A stretch of DNA of 64,000 nucleotides from an uncultured Candidatus Saccharibacteria bacterium. Lineage in GTDB: Bacteria; Patescibacteriota; Minisyncoccia; Phycocordibacterales; DSPV01. Positions 19,500-30,226 of the stretch are shown in pieces. Under the pieces are notes generated by a model. That model saw only the letters and a list, made by a program, of their open reading frames with translations. It was not told the origin of the DNA and ran no database searches. The position numbers and the translations under genes are program-made. The first letter of the stretch is position 1; each line of letters opens with the position of its first letter. The stretch lies in NCBI GenBank assembly GCA_964617735.1, contig CAZTXT010000001.1, positions 267,589 to 331,588 of the forward strand, in the 5' to 3' direction.

Positions 19500-19760
19500 A
19501 TGTACACGCATGATTGGGGTGGAAATTTCGGGATCGGGTTTCCGCTTTGGCTCCCGCCGTTCATCGCTATCGTTGCGCTCTGGAGCATATTTTGGAAAGG
19601 GCTTGCGCTCTGGCATTCGGCCCGGCGCGGCGAGCCGTGGTGGTTCCTCGCGCTCCTCATCGTCAATACTGTCGGTATTCTCGAGATCGTGTATCTCTTC
19701 GCGTTCGCCAAACTCAAATTCGAGGATTTGTTCCGCAAGCACGAGAAGCACACCGGATAG
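19500..19760 (+). CDS. DUF5652-family small membrane protein
   Basis: WSIFWKGLALWHSARRGEPWWFLALLIVNTVGILEIVYL. Confidence 0.8.
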   Translation: MYTHDWGGNFGIGFPLWLPPFIAIVALWSIFWKGLALWHSARRGEPWWFLALLIVNTVGILEIVYLFAFAKLKFEDLFRKHEKHTG

Positions 19761-19783
19761 CAGCTGCATAAGCCCCTCGTTTT

Positions 19784-19809
19784 TGTCACGTTTTCGAGGC
19801 TGGTTCGTA
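19784..19809 (+). promoter_or_regulatory. Putative ECF-sigma autoregulatory promoter
   Basis: TGTCAC-N16-CGTA upstream of the ECF gene, resembling B. subtilis SigW/SigX-type promoters. Confidence 0.5.
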
Positions 19810-19836
19810 GTAGAAGGGTGAGGCTATAATAGAGAC

Positions 19837-20388
19837 ATGAACGAGCGCGAGCTTATTGAAGACTGCCGGAAAGGCAACAGACAGTCCTTCGGCGCGATCT
19901 ATGATACCTATGTACACGGTATCTATGACTTTATCTATTACAAGACCCACCATAAGCAGACAGCCGAGGATTTGACACAGGAGACCTTCTTCAAGGCGCT
20001 CAAGAATATCCATCAGTTCGATGCGCTGCGGTCATTTAAATCATGGCTGTATAGGATCGCGCAGAACGCGGTGATCGATCACTACCGGAAGGCTTCGCGA
20101 GAGACGCCACTTGACGATGCATGGGATGCTCCGAGCGAAACCGACATGCCGGCCGATTTCGACACGCGGAAGCAGATCGATGAATTGCGCAGGCAGTTGA
20201 GCTTGTTGCCCTCGCTCTCGCGCGACATCATCCTTCTCCGCGTTTGGCAGGATTTGTCGTACAAAGAAATCTCGGAGATCGTCGGGAAAAGCGAAGACAA
20301 CTGCAAAATGATCTATTCCCGCGCTCTGCGCTCCTTGAAAGGGACTATGCCGATCCTCGTGCTGCTTATGCTAGTGCTTAAATCATAA
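19837..20388 (+). CDS. ECF-type RNA polymerase sigma-70 factor
   Basis: Region 2 AEDLTQETFFKA...FKSWLYRIAQNAVIDHYRK; region 4 LSYKEISEIVGKS. Confidence 0.93.
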   Translation: MNERELIEDCRKGNRQSFGAIYDTYVHGIYDFIYYKTHHKQTAEDLTQETFFKALKNIHQFDALRSFKSWLYRIAQNAVIDHYRKASRETPLDDAWDAPSETDMPADFDTRKQIDELRRQLSLLPSLSRDIILLRVWQDLSYKEISEIVGKSEDNCKMIYSRALRSLKGTMPILVLLMLVLKS

Positions 20389-20392
20389 TGTC

Positions 20393-22003
20393 ATGAAAAA
20401 CGTCGACCAGATCATACAAGAATTGTTCACGCTCGAGCCGAGTCTGCGTAGCCGCGAGCGCGAGCTCCGCACACTCGTCTCCCAACTGCTTTCCTCGAAA
20501 CCGAATACTAAATTCGATGCCACTTTCGCCGCGCGCTTGCGCGCAGAGCTTCTGGGGTCCTCGGTATTGGCTGTGCCAATACGCTCGTCCTGGTTGGGCT
20601 TCCCGCGCCTGCTTGTTGCGGCTGGCTCGCTTGCAGCTATTACGCTCATCATTGTTGCCGCTAATTCTCTTACCCCCGCGCCAAGGCAAGGACTTTCATT
20701 CGAGCAGCAATTCACGGCGACCAAAAACCATGGGTTCGGCTCGCTCTCGGTGAATACTTCGGGAAAAGGGGGAGCGACGGATCAGGTGCAGAGCGTGAGT
20801 TCCGCAAATCCGAGCGTTGATTCAAAATCTAGCGCTCCTGCTTCCACACTTGCCGCTCCGAGCCGTATGGCAGTGTCGGTTGAAGGAGGAGCCGGGTACG
20901 GTGGGGCTTCAGGTGCAACGATAGTGCCCACACCAGCGATTTATCCGGGTTTTGCTGACCAACTTATCTATGTATACAAAGGTACAGCCTTTACTATTCC
21001 GAAAGAGGGAGTGGTGTATAAGCGCGTGAAGGGAGAGGATGCTCGCGATGAGTTCATCACAGAGCTCAAGGCATTCAACCTCGGGCTTATCGACCTTCTC
21101 TCGTTCGACAACCTTAAGCTCTTGAATTTCGAGGTGGCAGAAAATAAGACCAGTGGCTACCAGATCGACGTCAATACGGTCGAGGGATCTGTTTCGATCA
21201 ATCCGGACTACCAAGAGTGGCCCGCGATGAAAGGGGAGGTACCGGTGGGCGCGCGTGCTACGCTCTCGGAAAAGGAAATTATCGCGATCGCCGAGCAATT
21301 CATACAGGATCATGGCATCAATCGCTCGATCTACGGCGATCCTATCGTCCAGAAGATGCCCGATTACCGCATGATGGGCACTCGCGAAGTGCTTCCGCCG
21401 CAAGCTTCAGAAGGTTTTTCTCCTGCAGGCTCGCCCCAAGATTTAGCCACGCCTTCCTCCGACAGTAAAATGATGCCGATCTATATGCCGGAGGTCGTTA
21501 CCGTAACCTTCCCGCTTATCATCAAGGGACTGCCCGTATATGAATCAGGAGGATACCCCTACGGCCTGCAGGTCTCTGTCTCGGTGCGCGAGCGCAGAGT
21601 GTACTCGGTAAACAACCTCACGTCCCAGCATTACGACGCTTCATCCTATCCCCTTATTTCCGATCCGCAGAAAGTTCTCTCGTACCTTACGAGTGGCGGC
21701 ATATACGGCTCTTCTTACTACCCCGAGGGCATGCAGGTCAGAAAGATATACCTGGAGGCAGGCACCCCATCGAATGTGCTGATGCATTATTATTCGTATG
21801 CCAACGGCGAGAATCAGGAACTGTATGTTCCGGCGCTTCTTTTCCCGATAACCAAGGCGCCAGCCGGGCAAGAATATTATTACCCATCGTCGATACTGAT
21901 CCCGTTGGCCGAGGATCTCTTTAATCAGCCCGAGCCTCGCCCTATGCCGATGATGGAAAAAGGAGTGATACTCCCGTCACAGAGCTCTGGATCGACGATG
22001 TGA
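20393..22003 (+). CDS. Putative anti-sigma factor: single-pass membrane protein with a large extracytoplasmic domain
   Basis: Directly downstream of the ECF gene; short cytoplasmic N-terminus (KFDATFAARLRAEL), one TM, large C-terminal domain. Confidence 0.65.
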   Translation: MKNVDQIIQELFTLEPSLRSRERELRTLVSQLLSSKPNTKFDATFAARLRAELLGSSVLAVPIRSSWLGFPRLLVAAGSLAAITLIIVAANSLTPAPRQGLSFEQQFTATKNHGFGSLSVNTSGKGGATDQVQSVSSANPSVDSKSSAPASTLAAPSRMAVSVEGGAGYGGASGATIVPTPAIYPGFADQLIYVYKGTAFTIPKEGVVYKRVKGEDARDEFITELKAFNLGLIDLLSFDNLKLLNFEVAENKTSGYQIDVNTVEGSVSINPDYQEWPAMKGEVPVGARATLSEKEIIAIAEQFIQDHGINRSIYGDPIVQKMPDYRMMGTREVLPPQASEGFSPAGSPQDLATPSSDSKMMPIYMPEVVTVTFPLIIKGLPVYESGGYPYGLQVSVSVRERRVYSVNNLTSQHYDASSYPLISDPQKVLSYLTSGGIYGSSYYPEGMQVRKIYLEAGTPSNVLMHYYSYANGENQELYVPALLFPITKAPAGQEYYYPSSILIPLAEDLFNQPEPRPMPMMEKGVILPSQSSGSTM

Positions 22004-22016
22004 TTGCTAGCTAGCC

Positions 22017-23312
22017 TTAGTAGTTGAACAGCTCGAAATGTATCTGTTTGCGCGCTACTGTAAGGCGCTCTAAGATCGCGATGATGGAGCGGACCATGGG
22101 AGGGGGCCCGCAGACGTAACTGTCGCGTTCGAGGAAATCAGGCACCAGCCGTTGTATTTTTTCTTCGTCGATGTATCCGCGCTCGTATTTGCCCGCGTCT
22201 TTTTCAGAGAGAATGTGATGGATCGGTATGTTAAGCGCTTCGAGTTCAGCTTTGAAGACGATATCTTCCGGAGAACGGTTGCCGAAGAGCAGCACTACGT
22301 CTTTTTTCTGATGCGAGAGCGATTCCGCGAGGGCTCGTAGCGGAGTGATGCCGATGCCGCCGGCGATCAGCAAAAATTTTTCGGTAACGGCTACTTTTTG
22401 CGTGAATTTTCCGAACGGGCCTTCCAAAAGCACCTTGGTGCCTGGCGGTACAGAGCGTACGCGCGCCGTGAAGTCGCCGAGATTTTTCGGTGAGATGCGC
22501 AGGCCTTTTCCGTCGAATGCTTTCGATATCGAGAATGGGTGCGGTTGCCTGAATCCTTTTGTCATAAAAAGAACATGCAGATACTGCCCGGAGTCGAAGG
22601 TGAATCTCTCGAGGTGCCGACCGCCGATGTAGATCGAGCAGACGTTATGTGTTTCCTCGACGACTTTCTCGACAGAGAACCGGTGTCGGTAGAAGAGCAC
22701 GAATGGGTGGATGAATCGATAGGCCACTAGGGCACCGAAAACCGAGAAGTTCAGCGTATACCAGTAATAGTACGCCGCTCCATGGCTGACATCGGCTGTG
22801 TTCACCTGGTGCCAGAAGATCAGTGCGATGGCGCCGTACATCAGGAGGTGACTGACATGCCATGTTTCATATTTCATTCTCGGGCGCGAGAAGGAGAGTG
22901 AAAGCACGACCAGAGTCACTAGCAGTAAAAGGCCCAGAAATGCTTTCAGGACGTCTTGCCAGTCGGTCAAGAACGTCAGAAATTGTGAGATGATCGGAGC
23001 GTTATTCGCGTAGGCGTATCCGATGGTCAGCGAAAGCGGGTGCAGGATGATAAGACTGGCGATATATTTGCCTACCGTTCGATGCAGCCGGTTGAGTTTG
23101 TCGAAGCCGAATTCCTGCTCGATCAGGCGGATGCGACTGATGAGGATGAGCTGCAGTAAAATGGTGAGCTCTGCTAAAAGTCCCCAGAGCCTGCCGAATG
23201 CGATGAGTGTTCCATCGATGCCTCTGATGAGCGCATGCGAGCCTTCCCACCAGAAGGTGATCGTTACCATGATGTTGGCAAGTAAGATGGCGTAGAGCAG
23301 TTTCTTACGCAT
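22017..23312 (-). CDS. Ferric-reductase-like transmembrane oxidoreductase (heme-b TM, FAD- and NAD-binding domains)
   Basis: LNRLHR, YETWHVSH, HPFSIS, EGPFG, IAGGIGITP, YVCGPPPM, HFELF; start taken at MRKKLL, overlapping the upstream stop. Confidence 0.9.
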   Translation of the reverse strand: MRKKLLYAILLANIMVTITFWWEGSHALIRGIDGTLIAFGRLWGLLAELTILLQLILISRIRLIEQEFGFDKLNRLHRTVGKYIASLIILHPLSLTIGYAYANNAPIISQFLTFLTDWQDVLKAFLGLLLLVTLVVLSLSFSRPRMKYETWHVSHLLMYGAIALIFWHQVNTADVSHGAAYYYWYTLNFSVFGALVAYRFIHPFVLFYRHRFSVEKVVEETHNVCSIYIGGRHLERFTFDSGQYLHVLFMTKGFRQPHPFSISKAFDGKGLRISPKNLGDFTARVRSVPPGTKVLLEGPFGKFTQKVAVTEKFLLIAGGIGITPLRALAESLSHQKKDVVLLFGNRSPEDIVFKAELEALNIPIHHILSEKDAGKYERGYIDEEKIQRLVPDFLERDSYVCGPPPMVRSIIAILERLTVARKQIHFELFNY

Positions 23313-23835
23313 GACGTTGGCTCTCGGCATCGAGCTGGTAGAGCGGTTGCACAAAAAATAAAAACACGTTTGCGAAGGAAAACACGATCGCAAGGCTCCA
23401 GAGCGACGCGTATTGATAGCCTGCCATGATACCGCAGAGCGTAAGCGCTCCCGCGAGGGCCCCTGACAGGTCAACGAGGATCTTTCGTTTGATGAGTTTC
23501 GGGTGGCTAGTCTCGTAGAGGAGAAACGAGTACTTTACGCACGCGACAATAAAGAGCAGCAGGAACGCGAAAGCGAAACCCTTCGGACTCCCGAATTCCC
23601 ATGCGGTGAGAAGATAGATGAAAAAAAGCCCGGCGTCGCAGGTTTTCTGTATGGACGATGGTGGCGTTATCGCCGAAAAGATACGCACCGAGAAGAAGGT
23701 ATTCACGAGGAGTACTGCATATACGATGAGCATCGGCAGGCTCTGTCCTAGATCAGTGATCCGTATGAGGGCGAAGAGCGCTCCGGCGATCAGGAATATA
23801 ATGCTGACGGATGAAGCTTTAGTTTGTGGCCGCAT
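23305..23835 (-). CDS. Hypothetical multi-pass membrane protein
   Basis: 176-aa hydrophobic ORF translationally coupled within the operon. Confidence 0.75.
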   Translation of the reverse strand: MRPQTKASSVSIIFLIAGALFALIRITDLGQSLPMLIVYAVLLVNTFFSVRIFSAITPPSSIQKTCDAGLFFIYLLTAWEFGSPKGFAFAFLLLFIVACVKYSFLLYETSHPKLIKRKILVDLSGALAGALTLCGIMAGYQYASLWSLAIVFSFANVFLFFVQPLYQLDAESQRHA

Positions 23836-23839
23836 GGTT

Positions 23840-24574
23840 TTATTGTCTGATATCCGAAGAGGCCTTCGTGAGTGTTCGGTGGAAGAGTGCTTGAGAGATG
23901 AAGTTGAGCGCGTAGACTATGTTGGTTTTGAACATTCCTTCCGCCGAGAAGCGCCGAAGTGATGAGTATACGAAGAAATCCATACGAAAGATGACTTTTC
24001 CGAACTGGTGCAATCGCCGAGCAGTATCGGTGTCGTCCCCATAGAAGCGGATGTTTTTATTGAATCCACCCATTGCAAGAAGGGCAGAGCGGCGCGCGAC
24101 GAAATTTCCCCCGAGCACTGCATATCCGGTCATACGGTAGGCGAGCGGAGCGGTGAGCCACCAGAGCGCGCCGAGGAGAAATCTCTGGAAAGGTTTCCCA
24201 TCATAGTAGCGATACGGGCCGCTTAAAGATACTACGTCGGGGCGTTTCGTAAACATATGCTCGACCATCGGTACCCAGCCTTCGGTTAAATGGGTATCAG
24301 CGTCGAGGAACGCGACCAACTCTCCTGACGAATGTTCCAACCCCAATTGCCGCGCGGCATTGGGTCCAAGCTTTTCTCCCGTTACGACTTTTACGCCGGG
24401 ATATTTGAGTGCGATCTCGCCCGTTCGGTCGGTACTCCCGCTGTCGGAGACGATGATCTCGGAAAATCGCCCGCGAGAATGCCGCAGAGCCTGCTCAAGG
24501 CATGCCCCGATGCTCGCCGCTTCATTGTACGCAGGTATGATGAGGCTAATGCTTGGTTTTTCATTCATAGCCAT
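23840..24574 (-). CDS. Glycosyltransferase family 2
   Basis: SLIIPAYNE, DSGSTD, FLDAD, GGF..YGDD, SSLRR. Confidence 0.92.
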   Translation of the reverse strand: MAMNEKPSISLIIPAYNEAASIGACLEQALRHSRGRFSEIIVSDSGSTDRTGEIALKYPGVKVVTGEKLGPNAARQLGLEHSSGELVAFLDADTHLTEGWVPMVEHMFTKRPDVVSLSGPYRYYDGKPFQRFLLGALWWLTAPLAYRMTGYAVLGGNFVARRSALLAMGGFNKNIRFYGDDTDTARRLHQFGKVIFRMDFFVYSSLRRFSAEGMFKTNIVYALNFISQALFHRTLTKASSDIRQ

Positions 24575-25300
24575 TTATCGGATCGGTTCCCATTCTTTGC
24601 TTACGGAGCGTTTGAACACCATCATGCTGAACCAATTGGTGAGCCAGAGGGTGAGAAGTTTTGGCCATCCGACCTTATGTATACGCCGGCCAGTCTGATA
24701 CGCGGTCAAACCAAGCTCCATCCGCGTCCCGCCGATCTTTGAAAGGCGGTAGAAGAGCTCATTGTCTTCCGCAGCTGAAAGGTCTTCGCGGTAGCCACGG
24801 AGCTTTTCGAACGCGCTTCGGCGTATCATCTGGAATTCCCCCGGAGATGCGCCAGCGTGGAGGACATTGTTCATGAGCGCGTACGTCCGATTGATGATGA
24901 AGAACAGCACGGTATCTGCCAGAGTCGCGTTTTCTTTGCTGACGGCAAGCGCGACGGTCATTCCGAGGAGATTCTTGTTCGTTTGGAACCGCTCTATGGC
25001 TTTATGGAAAAAGTCATCGGGGTGGGGAATGGTCACATCGGCGTCGAGGAATACAAAGAATTCGCCTGAAGCCGCTTTCGCACCCATGTTCCGAGCTTGC
25101 GCTATGGTTTGGCGTTTAGTGTCGCGATACACGAGCACTTTGTCGGTGTAGCGTCGCGCTATTTCTTGCGTTTTGTCTTTGCTTCCGCCGTCAGAGACGA
25201 TGATCTCGTACACGGTAGACTTAAAGTTATGGACGATCTCGTCTAGCGTTTTCTCAAGCACTGACTCTTCGTTGAGGGTTGGGATGATGATGGATATCAT
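24575..25300 (-). CDS. Glycosyltransferase family 2
   Basis: SIIIPTLNEE, DGGSKD, FLDAD, AED, TGRR. Confidence 0.92.
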   Translation of the reverse strand: MISIIIPTLNEESVLEKTLDEIVHNFKSTVYEIIVSDGGSKDKTQEIARRYTDKVLVYRDTKRQTIAQARNMGAKAASGEFFVFLDADVTIPHPDDFFHKAIERFQTNKNLLGMTVALAVSKENATLADTVLFFIINRTYALMNNVLHAGASPGEFQMIRRSAFEKLRGYREDLSAAEDNELFYRLSKIGGTRMELGLTAYQTGRRIHKVGWPKLLTLWLTNWFSMMVFKRSVSKEWEPIR

Positions 25301-25935
25301 GATGCGTTTGCGCCCACAAAGCGTCTCCCGAAATATTTTCCTATCCCAAAGATAGCGATAAGTCCGAGTACAAAGAGCGCTACGACGCTCATCTTCCCGA
25401 TGATGCCATTGACCTGCAGGTAGAGCGTTCCGAAGACATAGCCTATGGACATAAGGAATGCAGTCCAGAAGAACTGTCCGACCGCGTTGAGCAGGATGTA
25501 TTGTTTAAAAGGGATCCTTACGAGTCCTGCGGTGAAGAGTGTTACGAGCGCGAATCCGAATCCCATCGTCATCTTGGAGATGATGAGTATTTTTTTTGTA
25601 TGTCGGTGAAAGAAATCCTCGATCATGTTGACCTGATCACGCGAGATGCTGAAATATCTCCCGAACCTATCCACAAATCGGCTTCCCCCATAGTAGCCCA
25701 AGCTATACCAGAACACGTCTCCGATGAGATCTCCGGCCATGAGCGCAAGGTACGGATATAAAAGTGGCAGGACCCCCGCTTTGATTAGCGCGCCGCAGAC
25801 GAGGGCAAGTATCGGACCCTCGATAAAGGAGACTACGACGAGCACCGCGTAGACCCAGAATGTTTGATAGGCGACCAGTTGCTGCACCGTTTCCTGAAGA
25901 CTTTCGGGCCTTAATGCCATAACTAAATCGGCCAT
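25297..25935 (-). CDS. DedA/VTT family membrane protein
   Basis: GDLIGDVFWYSLGYYGG...FGRYF, AGLVRIPFKQY; start at MADLVM after TGCTATACT. Confidence 0.88.
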   Translation of the reverse strand: MADLVMALRPESLQETVQQLVAYQTFWVYAVLVVVSFIEGPILALVCGALIKAGVLPLLYPYLALMAGDLIGDVFWYSLGYYGGSRFVDRFGRYFSISRDQVNMIEDFFHRHTKKILIISKMTMGFGFALVTLFTAGLVRIPFKQYILLNAVGQFFWTAFLMSIGYVFGTLYLQVNGIIGKMSVVALFVLGLIAIFGIGKYFGRRFVGANAS

Positions 25936-25972
25936 GTGACCAGTATAGCACCTCTCGTGGTAAGTATGAGAG

Positions 25973-26404
25973 CTACCGAATAGGCATCGTGCTGCTCGCC
26001 GGGCGTATCTGCAGCGATTGTGCCGTGATAGAGCCGTCCGAATTCGCGGTTCCGAAGGCCTGCACTTCAAGACCAGTTTTCAAGTCCGATGCGCTACCCG
26101 AGACGCTTTTCATGACCGGAGTACTCGCGGAATAGAAAACAATCTTCGAGCTTCCGTCACGCATAGAGAGCGTGATGCTTTTATCGTCCTTCGAGAGTAT
26201 TTCTCCGGCGGCGAATCCCATGCCTGCGCCTGCCCCGCGTCCGCCAGCGCCTCCTACGCCGGAAAACTGTCCCCCAAACTGCCCAGACCGCGCGCCATTG
26301 CCATTACGCGTTGGCATGCTCGATTTTGCATAGAGCGTGCCGCCATAGAACGAAGCGCCACCGACAACGATGATCGCGATCACGATACCAAGTGTTTTAT
26401 TCAT
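25973..26404 (-). CDS. Conserved hypothetical single-pass protein (DUF5666-like OB fold)
   Basis: TM followed by SFYGG, Gly-rich linker, [12 protein letters not shown]...[17 protein letters not shown]; downstream of the MacAB-like genes. Confidence 0.7.
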   Translation of the reverse strand: MNKTLGIVIAIIVVGGASFYGGTLYAKSSMPTRNGNGARSGQFGGQFSGVGGAGGRGAGAGMGFAAGEILSKDDKSITLSMRDGSSKIVFYSASTPVMKSVSGSASDLKTGLEVQAFGTANSDGSITAQSLQIRPASSTMPIR

Positions 26405-26434
26405 GTTTTTTATTACTATTTATAATTAATAATC

Positions 26435-27658
26435 TTATTCATAGCGCAAAGCCTCTATCGGATTTAGTCGTGACGCTCGTCGCGCCGGATAGTAACCGAA
26501 GGCAACGCCGATGAAGGCCGATACTCCGAAGGCAAGCAGTATCGAGAAGGCCGAGACCTTTGTTTCAAGCAATCCAAAATACGTTATTGCCCGCGACACA
26601 CCCCATCCGAGAATGATCCCGATGAGACCGCCGACTAAGGTCAGTACGAGCGCTTCGACGAGGAATTGGGCGTTGATGTCGCGGCGCTTCGCGCCGATCG
26701 CTTTGCGCAAGCCGATCTCTCTGGTGCGCTCGGTTACGGTTGTGAGCATCATATTCATGATGCCGATACCGCCGACGAGCAGGGAAATGCCTGCGACTGC
26801 GGCGAGCAGTATCGTGAATGTTTGGGTGACGCTCGAAGCGGTCGAGATGATGTCGTTTTGATTGAGGATGCTGAAGTCCGCCTGTGTTGGGTCGGTGATA
26901 CGATGCCGTGCAAGCAACAGGTCGGTGATGTCGCTCTGGACTTGGGTCATTGCATCGGCGCTGCTCGCTTCGATGCTTATATTCGTCAGGTATTTCCCAC
27001 CCGAGAGATATCGCTCGGCGCTCCCTAAGGGAACGAAGATCATGTCGTCTTGGTTGAAGAACCCGGTTCCTCCTTTGGCGGCGGTTACGCCGATGATTTT
27101 GAATTCGAGTTTATTGATGCGCAGAGTTTGTCCGACCGCTTCCGCATCTTGGCCAAAGAGGTCATCGCGGGCTGCGGGGCCAATGACCGCGACTTTCGCT
27201 CCGGATGCGGCTTGCGATTCCGAAATGAACGAGCCTTCGTCGACGGTGAGATTATGGACTTGCGTATAGTTTTCCGTCGCACCGACGACCGACGTATTGG
27301 TATTCGTGCCCTTAGCGGTTATCTGGTAGCGGCCGCTTATCTCGGGAGATATCGCTGCGATGGATTGGACTTGCCCCGCAATAGCCGTCGCGTCGTCTTC
27401 AGTGAGCGTTCGCGCCGCTCCGCGCCCCGTGCTTATGCCGAATCCCTGTCCTCGCTGCGCGCCCGGCGTCACTTGGATGAGGTTCGATCCGAGCGACTGG
27501 ATGCGTGCTTGGATCGAACCCTGTGCTCCTTGTCCTATCGCGATCATCGCAATGACGGATGAAATGCCGATGACGATACCCAAGATGGTAAGCCCCGAGC
27601 GAACCTTATTTGCGGAGAGCGCCGCGTAGGTTTCTTCTAATAGATCGCTGCTGTTCAT
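26435..27658 (-). CDS. MacB/FtsX-like ABC transporter permease
   Basis: RSGLTILGIVIGI, ISLLVGGIGIMNMML..VTERTREIGLRKAIGA, PARRASRLNPIEALRYE. Confidence 0.95.
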   Translation of the reverse strand: MNSSDLLEETYAALSANKVRSGLTILGIVIGISSVIAMIAIGQGAQGSIQARIQSLGSNLIQVTPGAQRGQGFGISTGRGAARTLTEDDATAIAGQVQSIAAISPEISGRYQITAKGTNTNTSVVGATENYTQVHNLTVDEGSFISESQAASGAKVAVIGPAARDDLFGQDAEAVGQTLRINKLEFKIIGVTAAKGGTGFFNQDDMIFVPLGSAERYLSGGKYLTNISIEASSADAMTQVQSDITDLLLARHRITDPTQADFSILNQNDIISTASSVTQTFTILLAAVAGISLLVGGIGIMNMMLTTVTERTREIGLRKAIGAKRRDINAQFLVEALVLTLVGGLIGIILGWGVSRAITYFGLLETKVSAFSILLAFGVSAFIGVAFGYYPARRASRLNPIEALRYE

Positions 27659-28356
27659 GATAGTTTGCGTTCTTGTCCATTCACTGTGTCGCTTTCGATG
27701 CGACCGTCTCTGATGTGAATGATGCGCTTGGCATGTCTAGCGACGTCAGGTTCGTGCGTGATGAGGATGATGGTGCGCCCTTGTTGCTGGTTGAGCGTCT
27801 TGAATGTCGAGAGTACGATCTCTCCGGTTTTGGTGTCGAGATTTCCCGTCGGTTCGTCGGCGAGGATGAGCGCGGGATCGTTGACGAGGGCTCGCGCGAT
27901 GGCCACCCGCTGTATTTGGCCGCCGGAGAGCTCATTGGAGCGATGGAGGAAATGTCCGGTATCGAAACCCGCTGCGGAAAGCGCAGCGGACGCTCTCCGT
28001 TCGCGCTCCACTCCCATGACGCCTGCATAGATGAGCGGAAGCGTCGTGTTGCGGAGCACCGTCGCGCGGGGCAGGAGATTGAATGATTGAAAGACGAAGC
28101 CTATTTTGTCCTTCCGTATATCGGCGAGCTCGTCGTCAGAGAGTTTTGATACGTCTTTCTCGTCGAGAAAGTAGGTGCCTGATGTTGGCGTGTCGAGCGC
28201 CCCCAAAATATGCATCAGCGTTGATTTCCCGGATCCCGACGGTCCCATGATGGCGACGAACTCGCCGTCAGAGATCGTGAAGCTGACGCCACGGAGCGCT
28301 TGAAACTCGATCGCGCCGGTCGTATAGGTTTTCGTAACGTTTTTTACTTCGATCAT
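27655..28356 (-). CDS. ABC transporter ATP-binding protein (MacB/LolD type)
   Basis: [43 protein letters not shown]. Confidence 0.95.
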   Translation of the reverse strand: MIEVKNVTKTYTTGAIEFQALRGVSFTISDGEFVAIMGPSGSGKSTLMHILGALDTPTSGTYFLDEKDVSKLSDDELADIRKDKIGFVFQSFNLLPRATVLRNTTLPLIYAGVMGVERERRASAALSAAGFDTGHFLHRSNELSGGQIQRVAIARALVNDPALILADEPTGNLDTKTGEIVLSTFKTLNQQQGRTIILITHEPDVARHAKRIIHIRDGRIESDTVNGQERKLS

Positions 28357-28380
28357 TCGCTGTTCTGCGTTTACCCTGCA

Positions 28381-30189
28381 CTATCTCCCGATGAAGACAC
28401 GGTTTCCCGCGTTACCGCCTCCACCGGAGCCTCCGGTTCGGGTTCCGCCTCCAAAGAGGCTCGGTGCCGATTGCGCCGTAGCGGTCGTCTGACTTGCGGT
28501 GATGGTTCGGGTCACTATCTGGTCGCCTTCAGAGAGTCCCGAGATGATCTCCGTCTCGCTATCATTGGAGATCCCGACTTCGACCGGTTTCATTTGTGGC
28601 GCTATGGTCGAGGTAACACCCTGATTCCCCCCGGTCGTCGGAAGGGCAGGCGAGAAGACTTGCGCGACGCTCGTTCCGTTGACGGTTCGTATGGCGCTCG
28701 CAGGCACCATGAGGACGTCTTGATGCACGTCCGTGATGATCGAAGCGTTCGCGGTCATTCCCGGTTTTATCGGTGCGTTTTGGGTATCGAATGCTATTTT
28801 GACGTTGTATGATACGACCCCTTGGGAGACCGTGCCTACCGGATCGATCTCGGCGACTGAACCGGTCAACGAGAGTCCATCGATCGCGTCGAAGGTCAGC
28901 GTCGCTTTGTCGCCCACTTTTATCTTGGCCGCGTCCACTTCGTTGAGCGAGAGCGTCGCGATCTTTTGTGTGGTGATGAGCGTCGCGATCGTCGTTCCGG
29001 AACTCGCGCTATCGTGCACTTTCACATTGAACGCTGCGATGGTACCTGAAAACGGCGCGCGCACGGTATAGTCGGCAAGCGTCTGATTGAGGCTCACGAG
29101 GTTATCTTCTTGGTTTTGGATGCTATTCCTCGATATCTGAAGGCTTATCGGGTTACTGCCCGATGCATTCCCGACTTGAAGTAAGGTGATGTTCTGCTCG
29201 TCTGTTTTTATCCCCTGTTTATCCGTTTCGATCGCTTTCTTTTGCGACAAGAGGTCATTGAGCACGGTGTTTGTGGTCGAGAGCCAGGTGCGTGCGTTCG
29301 TTTGCATCGACGTCACTCCGGCGTTCAGGTGAAAATTGTGCGCTGAAGCGAGATCGGTAGTTTCGGAAAGAAGGTTGAGCTCGCTCTGCAGGCTCTGCGC
29401 TATGGCAGTTGCGGTGTCGATGGTCTCCCCCAAAAGTTTCTCGAGCTCGTCGCCGGTCGCGTATCGCGTTGTTTGTTTATATTCGAGTATACTCGCGTCA
29501 TATTTGCTCCGGGCGGTGGCGTAGTCGTTCGTTGCGCTGGTCGCGAAGGTTCGCATCGTCTCTCGATCGTCGTTCATGAAAAGATTCACGAGCGTGTCTA
29601 CGTTCCACTGGCTGTGTCCGTCGCTTAGATCATAGCCGAAGAGCGCATCGTGAATGCCCGTGATCACCGGGGGAAGATCGAGATATGCGTTCGATATCGT
29701 ATTGAAGGTGTCGACATAGGTCGTGGCCAGGTCTTCCTTCGCGCTTGCCAGCGCATCCTGCGCTTTTTGATAGTCTATCGGAGCTTGTGCGCTGTCCTTT
29801 TGGTATTGGAGATTGGCTTCAGCGAGCGATTGCTCGGCGTTCGTCACTGCTTTCTTTCCATCAGTGTTGTCGATGCTTGCAAGAGCCTCTCCTGTGTAAA
29901 CAGTATCGCCTGCTTTAACGCCGACCCAAACGATGTCGCCCGAGACCTTCGACTTTACATCAAGTTGCGTCGATGCCGATACTTGCCCGGATGCGGATAC
30001 AGAGGCGATAAGCGTGCTTTTCGTTACGGTACCGAGTATATAGCGTGTCTCACCGGAAGTCGAAGTCGCTCGTGCATACACCATGTACGCTCCCAAGAGC
30101 GCCGCAGCGATGATGATGACCGAGATGAGCTTGTGCGCGGTCGCGTAAGCTTTTATTTTTTGGAAAACAGGCAAGTTGTTGATGCGCAT
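28381..30189 (-). CDS. Efflux periplasmic adaptor (MacA/HlyD family) with an extended coiled coil
   Basis: N-terminal TM, lipoyl half-motifs (VKAGDTV, VRAPFSGTI), IKPGMTA, EIISGLSEGD. Confidence 0.9.
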   Translation of the reverse strand: MRINNLPVFQKIKAYATAHKLISVIIIAAALLGAYMVYARATSTSGETRYILGTVTKSTLIASVSASGQVSASTQLDVKSKVSGDIVWVGVKAGDTVYTGEALASIDNTDGKKAVTNAEQSLAEANLQYQKDSAQAPIDYQKAQDALASAKEDLATTYVDTFNTISNAYLDLPPVITGIHDALFGYDLSDGHSQWNVDTLVNLFMNDDRETMRTFATSATNDYATARSKYDASILEYKQTTRYATGDELEKLLGETIDTATAIAQSLQSELNLLSETTDLASAHNFHLNAGVTSMQTNARTWLSTTNTVLNDLLSQKKAIETDKQGIKTDEQNITLLQVGNASGSNPISLQISRNSIQNQEDNLVSLNQTLADYTVRAPFSGTIAAFNVKVHDSASSGTTIATLITTQKIATLSLNEVDAAKIKVGDKATLTFDAIDGLSLTGSVAEIDPVGTVSQGVVSYNVKIAFDTQNAPIKPGMTANASIITDVHQDVLMVPASAIRTVNGTSVAQVFSPALPTTGGNQGVTSTIAPQMKPVEVGISNDSETEIISGLSEGDQIVTRTITASQTTATAQSAPSLFGGGTRTGGSGGGGNAGNRVFIGR

Positions 30190-30226
30190 GAATATTTTTA
30201 ATCGCAGAGTCCCCCTGGTAGTTCTC